The position numbers and the translations under genes were made by a program. Below, one piece after another: positions 38,669-47,614 of a stretch of DNA of 64,000 nt. Below the pieces are notes generated by a model, which saw only the letters and a list, made by a program, of their open reading frames with translations, did not search any database and was not told where the DNA came from. The DNA comes from Flavobacteriales bacterium (lineage in GTDB: Bacteria; Bacteroidota; Bacteroidia; Flavobacteriales; UBA1820), in NCBI GenBank assembly GCA_017620815.1, contig JAGAUI010000035.1, positions 11,632 to 75,631 on the forward strand, in the 5' to 3' direction. Positions within the stretch are counted from its first letter, which is position 1. Every line of letters starts with the position of its first letter.

Positions 38669-39724
38669 TTAGAAATTAAACACTAGGTTCAACGAGATGT
38701 CATTTCTCATCTGTAGAGTGGCTCCGTGTTCTTCTGTGATGGTTTTTATAGAGCCGTCGTCCTGTGTAACATTAACTTTTTTGAACGTGTGTTCATTGTC
38801 AAAGTAACGCAACTGGAGGTTATAGCTTATTTCTAGGTTCTTGGTGAACTTATAAGCTATGCTGAAAAAGTCGTTCATCTGTCCTTTACCAAAGCCATCT
38901 GTATAACCCATAAAGTAAGAAAGTTTATTTTCTATGGTCATTTTTTTGTCTTTGGTCGCTATCCATTTGAGGTCGCACGACATACGTCCACCAAATACTG
39001 TCTTGGATTTGGCACCGTGGCGAATGATGTTACCATTGGCATCTTTTTCGGCAGGACGCACACCCGATGTACCCGCATCGGCAAGACGTTCATCCAGCAC
39101 GAGGGTCATATTGGCGTTTATGGGGTAGAAGCTAGTGGTGATGTTAAATCTTTTGGCAGAATGGCTATGTTTGGCACCCGCACCTATGTTGAGGGTACCT
39201 GGGGCCATGAATTGTTTATTGGGTTCTTTGGCAGTATTGTTTTTATAGCTGGCCAGTATCTGTGTGGTAAGGTCCACGTTGGCTACAAAGTCAAATTTGC
39301 GTACCAGTTTTACACCATATTCGGTAGAGAGTTGCAGGTAGTTATTGGACACAGAAAGGTTGCGAGCTCCATCGGCAAAATCGGCAGCGTCTTCCCATTG
39401 GAATCCTAGTTTCATAAATATCTTGTTATTCCAACGTGTGAATTCGCGTTTATAGTTGGCGTTGTATTCACCGTCCACGTTGAGCTTAAAGGTGCTGCGT
39501 ATGCTGGTGTTATACCAGTTATCTGATACTGTCCAAGCGTTGAGCATAAACTTTACTCGTGCCGATGTACTCCAGTAACTGGTGTCTATATGTGCTGGTT
39601 TTACTTTTTCATCGTCAAAATCACGCAAGAATTTGGCGGTGTTCTGGTCCACAACTATCTGTGCGTCTAGGGTGTAAAACACTCCTAATACCATGGATAT
39701 AAAAAATAATATACGGTATTTCAT
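38669..39724 (-). CDS. Outer-membrane beta-barrel protein (DUF3078-like)
   Basis: Signal peptide, alternating amphipathic beta-strand pattern, and a C-terminal aromatic residue (…NLVFNF). The family name is from memory. Confidence 0.45.
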   Translation of the reverse strand: MKYRILFFISMVLGVFYTLDAQIVVDQNTAKFLRDFDDEKVKPAHIDTSYWSTSARVKFMLNAWTVSDNWYNTSIRSTFKLNVDGEYNANYKREFTRWNNKIFMKLGFQWEDAADFADGARNLSVSNNYLQLSTEYGVKLVRKFDFVANVDLTTQILASYKNNTAKEPNKQFMAPGTLNIGAGAKHSHSAKRFNITTSFYPINANMTLVLDERLADAGTSGVRPAEKDANGNIIRHGAKSKTVFGGRMSCDLKWIATKDKKMTIENKLSYFMGYTDGFGKGQMNDFFSIAYKFTKNLEISYNLQLRYFDNEHTFKKVNVTQDDGSIKTITEEHGATLQMRNDISLNLVFNF

Positions 39725-39728
39725 ATCT

Positions 39729-41537
39729 TTAATTTATTTTATTCATGTTGCAAATATACAAAATAGATGCTCTTATACGACCTGTGATACTATGTATATC
39801 TATCCCACAATCCTCTCTTAACTGCTCTATACTGCCCCATTGTGGGAAGAAATCTTTTATCCCCATACGCTCTACTTTGACATCACTATGGCCATTTTCT
39901 AGCCCCCACATAGCTATCATGCTCCCTACGCCTCCACATAGTATACCTTCTTCTATAGTGATTATGACTCTATGTTTGCAGAATGCATTATTTAATAGTT
40001 CTGTATCTATTGGCTTTATAAAACGAAGGTCATAGTGAGAAATGAAACTCTTTTCTTCATCATTAAGTGTATCTATGGCTCGTTCTACTTCCAGACCTAT
40101 CTCCCCTGCCGATATTATACATATATCACTGCCTTGACGCAGTATGCGACCTTTTCCTTCTTTCCATATGCTATGAGGGTAGTTGCTGTTTCTAGCCATA
40201 CCACGAGGATAACGTACAGCTATGGGGCTTTTGTCCCATCTGTATGCGTAATCTACAGCCATAGTAAGCTCATGGGCGTCCATAGGAGAGCATATAGTTA
40301 CATTGGGTAGGGGAAGAAGATATGCTATATCAAATATCCCGTGATGTGTAGCTCCATCGGCACCTACCAATCCTGCACGGTCTATCATGATGCGTACTGG
40401 GAGATTTTGCAGGGCTATGTCGTGGACTATCTGGTCATAAGCTCGCTGGAGGAACGTAGAGTACACCACAGCAAATGGTTTGACGCCTCTAGTAGCCATG
40501 CCAGCAGCTAGTGTGAGTGTATGGCTTTCGGCTATGCCTGTGTCTATCACTCTGCAAGGAAGAGTGTGCATCATATGGGATAGACCGCTAGATGTGGGCA
40601 TAGCAGGAGTAAGAGCATATACGCTGTCATCATCTAGTGCCAGTTCCAATAGTTTGCTGCCTACCACGTCTTGGTATCTGGTGGGGGTGTCGTGGGAGAT
40701 GTGTCCCGTTTTCCTATCAAATGTCCCCGGGTAGTGGTATAGTATCTGTTCTTCTTCGGCGGCAGGATAGCCTTTGCCTTTGGTGGTGATGGTGTGTAGT
40801 ATCTTTACTCCAGTAGTATTTTTCATCTCTCTCAATGTATCTATAAGAGCAGGAAGGTCGTGCCCGTCTTTTAAGAAGTGGTATTCTATGCCTAATTCCT
40901 TATAGATATTGCCTGTGCTATTACCACCAGAAAGAGAGATGAGGTGTCTTGATAGAGCTCCAGTGGCGGGGTCTATGCCCATAGCATTGTCATTGAGGAC
41001 TATGAGCAGATTGGCATTGGAGGAGCCTGCATGGTTTATAGCCTCCCAAGCCATACCAGATGCTATGGAAGCGTCTCCTATTACTGCTATGTGAGATAAT
41101 GTGGGATTTTTTTCGGCATCGGCTATAGCCATGCCCAGCACTGCCGATATAGAAGTGGAACTATGTCCAGTCCCAAAACTGTCATATATGCTCTCCTCTA
41201 TACGAGGGAAACCAGATATCCCTCCTTTCTCTCTCAAATGAGGGAAGAGTTCTCGGCGAGAGGTGAGTATTTTATGTGCGTATGCTTGGTGGCCTACGTC
41301 CCACACAAGAGGCTCTCGTGGGGTGTCATACACATAGTGCAGAGCAATGGTGAGTTCTATAACTCCTAGGTTGGACCCTAGATGACCTTGCTGTACAGAA
41401 ACTATATCTATGATATAGTTCCTCATTTCGGTAGAAAGACGCAAAAGTTCATCAATAGACAACACCTTAAGGTCTTGGGGGGAGTCTATTGATGAGAGTA
41501 GAGGATATTTTCCCTTGTAGTTGTTTTCTACCGTCAT
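39729..41537 (-). CDS. dxs: 1-deoxy-D-xylulose-5-phosphate synthase
   Basis: GHLGSNLGVIELT, WDVGHQAYAHKILT and the ThDP-binding region IGDASIASGMAWEAINHAG...LNDN. Confidence 0.93.
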   Translation of the reverse strand: MTVENNYKGKYPLLSSIDSPQDLKVLSIDELLRLSTEMRNYIIDIVSVQQGHLGSNLGVIELTIALHYVYDTPREPLVWDVGHQAYAHKILTSRRELFPHLREKGGISGFPRIEESIYDSFGTGHSSTSISAVLGMAIADAEKNPTLSHIAVIGDASIASGMAWEAINHAGSSNANLLIVLNDNAMGIDPATGALSRHLISLSGGNSTGNIYKELGIEYHFLKDGHDLPALIDTLREMKNTTGVKILHTITTKGKGYPAAEEEQILYHYPGTFDRKTGHISHDTPTRYQDVVGSKLLELALDDDSVYALTPAMPTSSGLSHMMHTLPCRVIDTGIAESHTLTLAAGMATRGVKPFAVVYSTFLQRAYDQIVHDIALQNLPVRIMIDRAGLVGADGATHHGIFDIAYLLPLPNVTICSPMDAHELTMAVDYAYRWDKSPIAVRYPRGMARNSNYPHSIWKEGKGRILRQGSDICIISAGEIGLEVERAIDTLNDEEKSFISHYDLRFIKPIDTELLNNAFCKHRVIITIEEGILCGGVGSMIAMWGLENGHSDVKVERMGIKDFFPQWGSIEQLREDCGIDIHSITGRIRASILYICNMNKIN

Positions 41538-41548
41538 ATTTTATGAAT

Positions 41549-42274
41549 CTATCGTGAAGCTCTCTCTATCTTGTTAAGGTATGAGCCTATGGTGTTTTCA
41601 AGACCTAGATACAATGATTCTGATATAAGAGCATGACCTATGGATACTTCGTCTGTAAAAGGCAGATGTGATATGAAATATTCTATATTGTCCAGTGAGA
41701 GGTCATGACCTGCATTAAGCCCTAGACCTATGCTGCGGGCATATTCTCCTGCTGTGGCATATTCTTTTATGATGTCCTTTTCTCCGGCGGCATATAGACG
41801 GGCATAGCGTTCTGTGTAGAGTTCTACACGGTCGGCACCAGTTATTTTGGCACCTTCTATCATGCGTATGTCGGGGTCTGTAAAGATAGACACACGAATG
41901 CCAGCATCGTGATATGTTTTCACCACACCAGATAAAAACTCACGATGTGTGATGGTATCCCACCCTGCATCTGATGTGAGGTTTGATGGGGCGTCTGGTA
42001 CAAGTGTTACCTGTGTGGGGTGAGCTTTGAGTGTGAGTTCTATAAATTCTGGAGTAGGGTTACCTTCTATGTTGTATTCTGTGGTGATGACAGGTATAAG
42101 GTCAAATACATCACGATGAGTGATATGACGTTGGTCGGGGCGAGGGTGTACGGTTATGCCTTGTGCTCCAAACCTTTGGCAATCACGAGCTACCTGAATG
42201 ACATCGGGGTTGTTACCTCCGCGAGCATTACGCAGAGTGGCTATCTTGTTAATGTTTACGCTTAGTTTGGTCAT
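41549..42274 (-). CDS. pdxJ: Pyridoxine 5'-phosphate synthase
   Basis: MTKLSVNINKIATLRNARG aligns with the canonical PdxJ N-terminus, and EGNP and HAGHDL motifs are present. The longer ORF-track start at 42325 would overlap the upstream gene. Confidence 0.92.
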   Translation of the reverse strand: MTKLSVNINKIATLRNARGGNNPDVIQVARDCQRFGAQGITVHPRPDQRHITHRDVFDLIPVITTEYNIEGNPTPEFIELTLKAHPTQVTLVPDAPSNLTSDAGWDTITHREFLSGVVKTYHDAGIRVSIFTDPDIRMIEGAKITGADRVELYTERYARLYAAGEKDIIKEYATAGEYARSIGLGLNAGHDLSLDNIEYFISHLPFTDEVSIGHALISESLYLGLENTIGSYLNKIERASR

Positions 42275-42296
42275 TTTATGATGATTATGTGTTGTG

Positions 42297-42965
42297 TTAT
42301 CTTTTAATGGGTGAATGTGTGCCATCTGGGCGTAGTACGGTGTCGCTATCTAGTACCCCCCTTACTCCACATAGAGGATACACTACGCTACCTCGTCCTA
42401 TGTGAGTGGCAGGGTAGAGGACGCTGTTACAGCCTATATCGGCTTTGTCTCCTACTATGGCTCCTAGTTTTTCTAGTCCTGTGGATATTTTTCTATCATC
42501 AAATGTGATGTTTATCTCGTCTCCCCAAGCCTTGAAATTGGATACTTTAACTCCTGCTCCTAGATGTGAGTAGTAACCCAATACGCTATCGCCTACATAG
42601 GAGAGGTGAGGGAGTTGGACTCCGTCATAGATGAGGGTGTTTTTTATCTCTACAAAATTTCCTATGAGGACATCACGACCTATGATGTTATATCCACGCA
42701 ATATGGTGTTCTTTTTAATGGTGCTACCACGACCTATGATAAGAAAACCTTCTATCTGTGAACCTTCTTCTATCACAGCACCTTCTTCTGCCCATATATT
42801 TTCTCCTATCCTATGCAACGATGGATTGAGGTTGATAATTTCCTCCCAATAAGACTCTATGGAGGAAGGTATCTGCCAAGCATACTTGACACTATCCACT
42901 ACACAACTAGCAAATGTGTGTGGCTGTGAGAAGAAGTAGGATGGTGTGGATTGTTCTAGTGTCAT
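42297..42965 (-). CDS. Left-handed beta-helix (hexapeptide-repeat) protein, GlmU-family-like C-terminal part only
   Basis: Hexapeptide repeats run through residues about 60-200 (IIGRGSTIKKNTILRGYNIIGRDVLIGNFVEIKNTLI...). No N-terminal nucleotidyltransferase domain is evident. Confidence 0.5.
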   Translation of the reverse strand: MTLEQSTPSYFFSQPHTFASCVVDSVKYAWQIPSSIESYWEEIINLNPSLHRIGENIWAEEGAVIEEGSQIEGFLIIGRGSTIKKNTILRGYNIIGRDVLIGNFVEIKNTLIYDGVQLPHLSYVGDSVLGYYSHLGAGVKVSNFKAWGDEINITFDDRKISTGLEKLGAIVGDKADIGCNSVLYPATHIGRGSVVYPLCGVRGVLDSDTVLRPDGTHSPIKR

Positions 42966-42970
42966 TTTGT

Positions 42971-43025
42971 ATGGTATTATATGGTAGAGTATTATGTGGT
43001 AGAGTTTTATGTGATAGAGTATTAA
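42971..43025. repeat. Tandem 15-bp repeat (about 3.7 copies) filling the ponA / LbH intergenic spacer
   Basis: Units are atggta-----ttat, atggtagagtattat, gtggtagagttttat and gtgatagagtattaa. Confidence 0.8.
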
Positions 43026-43028
43026 AAA

Positions 43029-45362
43029 CTAAAAATCTTCTTCCATTTCTTGGATGGAGGTAGGGATAGAATTTATGTTTTTGGCTCCTGTGCAGGAGAG
43101 GTCTATGGTTATAGGCCCTTCGGGTACAGGGAATTCATCTTGGGAGACGTGCAGGGTAGGGTCACCATAGCATTTTTTCATATAGACTGCCCATATAGGC
43201 ATTGCAGACGAAGCACCCTGCCCATAACGCATATTTGAGAAGTGGACACTACGGTCTTCACAACCTACCCATATGGCAGTAGCCAGATTTGGCACCATGC
43301 CTATGAACCAACCGTCTGAATTATTCTGTGATGTGCCTGTTTTACCAGCGATAGGGTTGGTAAATTTCCAAGGGTAACCAGTAGAGAAATTGGTTTTTTC
43401 GGGGTCTGGAGCTATGTAACTACCCCATGATGAACGTAATCTCACACCAGTACCACCGCTAGTTACACCTTCTAGGAGTTTGATGATGGCATAAGCACTT
43501 TCACTGCTCATTACGGCTTGTGATGGAGTTGAGTCTTGATATAGTATGACACCGTTTTTGTCTTCTATACGGGTTATCATTATAGGCTTAATATAGCTGC
43601 CTCCGTTGGCAAATGTGGCAAAAGCTCCGGCCATCTCATAGACAGAAATATCGGTAGTGCCTAGACACATAGCAGGAGCAGGGGACATTTCACTGGTGAT
43701 ACCTAGTTTTTGAGCTAGGGCTATGATAGGTTCTGTCGTACCAAGTGTTTTTACAATAGATGCGGTTATTGAGTTTTTGGATTTGGCTAGTCCCTGTGTG
43801 AGGGTGTATGGCACATATTCAAATTTGTTATCTGAATTGGAAGGAGACCAGTCTAGAGGCATGTTCCAGTCTTCGGCTTTGAATTCTACGGGTTCGTCCA
43901 TAAATTCATAGCAGGGGGACATCTTGAGTTGGTCTATGGCAGTAGCATATACAAATGGTTTAAATGTACTACCCACCTGACGGCGTGCTTTTATCACGTG
44001 GTCATACTGGAAGTATTTATAACTAATGCCTCCCACCCAAGCCTTTACATGACCATTCTGTGGCTCTACCGAAACTAGCCCCGTGTTAAGAAGACCTTTG
44101 TAGTAGCGTATGGAGTCCATAGGTGTAATGGCTCTGTCTTCCAGTGAAGCCTGTCCGTCTTTCCAGCAGAATACCTCTATGGTATCTATCGTGTTGAAGT
44201 TTTTGATAATCTCACTCTCACTCAGCCCACGTCTTTTAAGCGAACGATAGCGGTCGCTACGTTTCATGCTGGTGCTCATAAGACGGTCTATCTCACTAGA
44301 TGTAAGCGAATAAAAAGGACGAGTCTTGTTATTGCGTTGAGTGTAGTCAAATACCTTTTGAAGGGCAGATAGGTGTTCTTCTACGGCTTCTTCGGCATAG
44401 CGTTGCATACGAGAATCTAGCGTAGTGTATATTTTAAGACCATCTGTAACTATGGAGTATTTGGACCCATCTGCCTTGCGGACGTCTTTGAGGTATTGAG
44501 GAACTATCTCACGTATGTATTCACGGAAGTATTGTGCTAGACCGCGATTGTGAGTCTGCATGCGGAAGTCTGTTTTAAGTGGCAGGGCACATAGAGAGTC
44601 GGTTTCCTCTTTGGTGAGCAGGTCGTTGCGTCTCATCTGACGGAATACCTGATTACGACGAGCAGTAGAATTTTTAGGGTTGCGGATAGGGTTATATACT
44701 ATGGGGTTTTTGGCCATACCTACCAGTACAGCGGCTTCTTCTATTTTAAGGTCTGAAGGCAGGCAGTTAAAATATGTAAGCGAAGCATTTTTTACACCAA
44801 AGGCGTTGTATAGGAAGTCGTATTGGTTGAAATACATGGTGATGATTTCTTCCTTGGTGTAATTGCGTTCCAGTTGTATAGCTATAATCCACTCTTTGAG
44901 TTTCTGGATGATACGTTCCAGAGTGTTCTGTGAAGGGTCGCGTGTGAAAAGCAGTTTGGCTAGCTGCTGGGTAAGGGTGCTGGCTCCACCTTTTTTTCCC
45001 ATAAACACCACAGCACGGGCAGTAGAACGGAAGTCTATCCCCGAATGTTCATAAAAACGTTCGTCTTCGGTAGCGATAAGAGCATTTACCAGATGTGGTG
45101 ATAGTTCTGTATATTTGACAGGGGAGCGGTTTTCGCTCTGCCAGATACGCCCTATAACTACACCGTCTTCAGAAATAATCTCGGTGGCGATACTGCTTTC
45201 GGGATTTTCTATCGCTTCAAATGTAGGAAGAGCCCCGAATGCTCCGCTGTATATGAGTGCAAAAAGAGATGCAACTCCTATGATACCACCTATGAAACAT
45301 GTCCATAGTGCAGTGCGGAATATCTTGAAAGTCTTACTGAGTGTGGTCGGTTTTTTTGCCAT
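43029..45362 (-). CDS. mrcA: Bifunctional class A penicillin-binding protein (PBP1A: glycosyltransferase + transpeptidase)
   Basis: GT51 motifs EDERFYEHSGID and GGSTLTQQLAK. Transpeptidase motifs STFK, SKN, KTGT. Confidence 0.92.
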   Translation of the reverse strand: MAKKPTTLSKTFKIFRTALWTCFIGGIIGVASLFALIYSGAFGALPTFEAIENPESSIATEIISEDGVVIGRIWQSENRSPVKYTELSPHLVNALIATEDERFYEHSGIDFRSTARAVVFMGKKGGASTLTQQLAKLLFTRDPSQNTLERIIQKLKEWIIAIQLERNYTKEEIITMYFNQYDFLYNAFGVKNASLTYFNCLPSDLKIEEAAVLVGMAKNPIVYNPIRNPKNSTARRNQVFRQMRRNDLLTKEETDSLCALPLKTDFRMQTHNRGLAQYFREYIREIVPQYLKDVRKADGSKYSIVTDGLKIYTTLDSRMQRYAEEAVEEHLSALQKVFDYTQRNNKTRPFYSLTSSEIDRLMSTSMKRSDRYRSLKRRGLSESEIIKNFNTIDTIEVFCWKDGQASLEDRAITPMDSIRYYKGLLNTGLVSVEPQNGHVKAWVGGISYKYFQYDHVIKARRQVGSTFKPFVYATAIDQLKMSPCYEFMDEPVEFKAEDWNMPLDWSPSNSDNKFEYVPYTLTQGLAKSKNSITASIVKTLGTTEPIIALAQKLGITSEMSPAPAMCLGTTDISVYEMAGAFATFANGGSYIKPIMITRIEDKNGVILYQDSTPSQAVMSSESAYAIIKLLEGVTSGGTGVRLRSSWGSYIAPDPEKTNFSTGYPWKFTNPIAGKTGTSQNNSDGWFIGMVPNLATAIWVGCEDRSVHFSNMRYGQGASSAMPIWAVYMKKCYGDPTLHVSQDEFPVPEGPITIDLSCTGAKNINSIPTSIQEMEEDF

Positions 45363-45378
45363 GTATGTTTTTATATAT

Positions 45379-45858
45379 TTATCTTATGGTGTCGTTTTCT
45401 ACTATACGCAATGTAACACTTGATATGCCCGGTAGTTCTATGTTCCTCATACCGTGAGATATATTTATGGTGTGTTTCCCTATGCTGTGAAATGAGTAAT
45501 CCTCCCATAGAGGGATGATGTTTTCTTTGACATTGGATAGGCCGTTGCCTGTAGGACGTCCCGATATGTCAAAAAGATGACACTGTGTGGTGTCTTTATC
45601 TAGTACTGTGGCACTATCACATATGCTAGAGATGACATATATGTTTGTCCAAGGATAACTCTCGTTACTCCTTAAAAGTAAAGTGATGTCATATCTAGAA
45701 GTGGTGTCCTCTATCTGCACATCAAATGTAGCAGTATCTCCTCTATGCCAGAAATTACGTTTCATATCTATGGTAGAGATATAAAATGATTCATCATTGC
45801 ATGAAGACAATGTCCCTATACATAGTAAGAGTAGCAGATAGATGATAGTTTTATTCAT
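45379..45858 (-). CDS. gldH: Gliding-motility lipoprotein GldH-like
   Basis: 159 aa with lipoprotein signal LLLLCIGTLSSC. The PSP1 / gldH / PBP1A neighbourhood is recalled from Flavobacterium. The sequence-level call is unverified. Confidence 0.55.
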   Translation of the reverse strand: MNKTIIYLLLLLCIGTLSSCNDESFYISTIDMKRNFWHRGDTATFDVQIEDTTSRYDITLLLRSNESYPWTNIYVISSICDSATVLDKDTTQCHLFDISGRPTGNGLSNVKENIIPLWEDYSFHSIGKHTINISHGMRNIELPGISSVTLRIVENDTIR

Positions 45859-47314
45859 CGCGGGTGTTTTTATCGTTACTTTTGTCGTGGCGTGGACGAT
45901 GATGACGGAAATGGCGATGATTGCCTTTTTCTTTCTTTACTTCTGTGCCTGTGGTGTTTTCTGGTGCAGGAGCATTGTTAGAGTTTTTTTCTTCTCTGTC
46001 TGGTTTGTTTGAGCGATTATCGTTTTTAAATGGACGATTATCTCTACGTTCGCGGAGAGGTTTTTTATTGCCTTCCGATGCTCGTGCAGAGGATTTTTCT
46101 ACTGTTTCAGCAGGTTTTTTATCTGTGATTTCTCTAGATTCTTCTCCATTCTCTTCCTTTTGGGGAGGGGTAGGAGTTGTGTTTTTCTTGTTTTTGTTCT
46201 TTTTCTTTTTGTCAAAACGCGTAAGCGAATCTTCCTCTATGGACTTCATCTCTATGGCAGGAGTTTTCTTGCCAGATGAAGCGTTTGGCGTAGTTTCAAC
46301 ATATTCTTCTATGCTTTCCACTTTTTCTCCGCGGGCATTAAGGGCTTGTATATGTCTTACGGCATCCACGTGCAACCCTATCCAATTCATAAACTCAAAA
46401 TCATATGCATACCAATACATACCCTTAAACACGTCCATTTTCTGGAAATGTGCCGTACCCTTTTCTGTGTGTAGAGGAGCCTCGGTAGATGGGAAGTCTT
46501 TGAGGGCATCAACATATGTGTCCAGTTCAAAATTAAGACAGCATTTGAGTTTGCCACACTGACCTGCCAGTTTCTGAGGATTGAGAGATAGACGCTGGTA
46601 ACGAGCAGCTGTAGTATTTACCGAATGAAAGTCTGTAAGCCAAGTGGTGCAGCACAACTCCCGTCCACAAGAACCTATGCCCCCTACACGGGCTGCTTCC
46701 TGTCGCAATCCTATCTGTCGCATCTCTACCCTTATGCTGAATGCCGCTGCTAGTTCTTTTATGAGTTGGCGGAAGTCCACACGACCTTCGGCAGTGTAGT
46801 AGAATGTGGCTTTGAGGTTGTCGCCTTGGTATTCTACGTCTGAAAGTTTCATAGATAGTTGGAGGCTATCACATATCTCACGCGTACGTACGAGTGTGCT
46901 TTTCTCTCGAGAGATAGCAGTTTTCCATACTTCTATGTCTTTGGCAGTGGCTAGTCTATATATCTTTTTGATTTCAGATGACGAAGGGTCTTCGCCTTTT
47001 TTTATCATCTGTACGCGAGCCAATTCGCCACATAGGGATACGTTTCCTATGTCATGACCGGGGGTAGATTCTACTGCTACTACATCTCCTTGTGATAGAG
47101 GGAGGTCATTCACATTGCGGTAAAAGCCTTTACGGCCGTTCTTAAATCGCACCTCCACACAATCAAATGGTGTAGATGTAGATGGTAGTTTTATATCTGC
47201 AAGCCAATCGTTTACATCTAGATAGTAGCTATTGCGATATACACAAGTGTTGCAATTCTCATTCTCACTACTAGAACGTACACAACGGCAGTTATTACAT
47301 TCTTGACAATTCAT
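45851..47314 (-). CDS. PSP1 domain protein (YaaT/RicT-like) with a long charged C-terminal tail
   Basis: Conserved PSP1 Cys motifs GSCGRELCC and GQCGKLKCC, an extra Cys-rich N-terminus (CQECNNCRC...CNTC), and about 150 aa of K/E/R/N-rich tail. Confidence 0.8.
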   Translation of the reverse strand: MNCQECNNCRCVRSSSENENCNTCVYRNSYYLDVNDWLADIKLPSTSTPFDCVEVRFKNGRKGFYRNVNDLPLSQGDVVAVESTPGHDIGNVSLCGELARVQMIKKGEDPSSSEIKKIYRLATAKDIEVWKTAISREKSTLVRTREICDSLQLSMKLSDVEYQGDNLKATFYYTAEGRVDFRQLIKELAAAFSIRVEMRQIGLRQEAARVGGIGSCGRELCCTTWLTDFHSVNTTAARYQRLSLNPQKLAGQCGKLKCCLNFELDTYVDALKDFPSTEAPLHTEKGTAHFQKMDVFKGMYWYAYDFEFMNWIGLHVDAVRHIQALNARGEKVESIEEYVETTPNASSGKKTPAIEMKSIEEDSLTRFDKKKKNKNKKNTTPTPPQKEENGEESREITDKKPAETVEKSSARASEGNKKPLRERRDNRPFKNDNRSNKPDREEKNSNNAPAPENTTGTEVKKEKGNHRHFRHHRPRHDKSNDKNTRDE

Positions 47315-47372
47315 AAATATATATTTAGCGTCTAGAGAGTCTCCTCTACTAGACCGATTATCTTCTGTTTAA

Positions 47373-47603
47373 TTATCTCTTTACCACTTTTATAATTCTC
47401 ACTGGGCAATTTTTCATCGCTTCGCTGCAAGGGTAAATGGCGTCATCATCACTACGCAATGTGAAAAATCCCTTTTTGCCTATCCCTCCTATGAGATTAC
47501 TCTTCCCGTCTATGGACGACATTTCAAAATACTCTCCCGCTACTTGGGAGCAGTAAGCACATCCTATGCATTTTTCACGATGTAGAGTTATGGTTATAGG
47601 CAT
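47373..47603 (-). CDS. Small single-cluster ferredoxin
   Basis: 76 aa with CIGCAYC ... CP (CxxCxxC...CP), typical of a [4Fe-4S]/[3Fe-4S] ferredoxin. Confidence 0.75.
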   Translation of the reverse strand: MPITITLHREKCIGCAYCSQVAGEYFEMSSIDGKSNLIGGIGKKGFFTLRSDDDAIYPCSEAMKNCPVRIIKVVKR

Positions 47604-47614
47604 ATTATATTACA

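Noticed and set aside
42275-42325. The ORF track gives a longer pdxJ start at 42325 (MAHIHPLKDNTTHNHHK...). Similar long starts are listed for secE (53266), rplK (54138), the GHMP kinase (8170) and the lipoprotein (7608).
   Set aside because: The extensions are not conserved-looking. They overlap upstream genes or promoters, and the internal ATGs reproduce the canonical N-termini of these families.
42971-43025. The 15-bp tandem repeat could be a CRISPR or minisatellite locus.
   Set aside because: The units are contiguous with no spacers, too short, and only about 3.7 copies are present, so this is not a CRISPR array. It is kept as a simple tandem repeat feature.
45921-46562. A 213-aa plus-strand ORF lies opposite the PSP1 gene.
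   Set aside because: It is an antisense shadow of the K/E-rich tail coding region (an F/S/L-rich translation) and has no independent signals.
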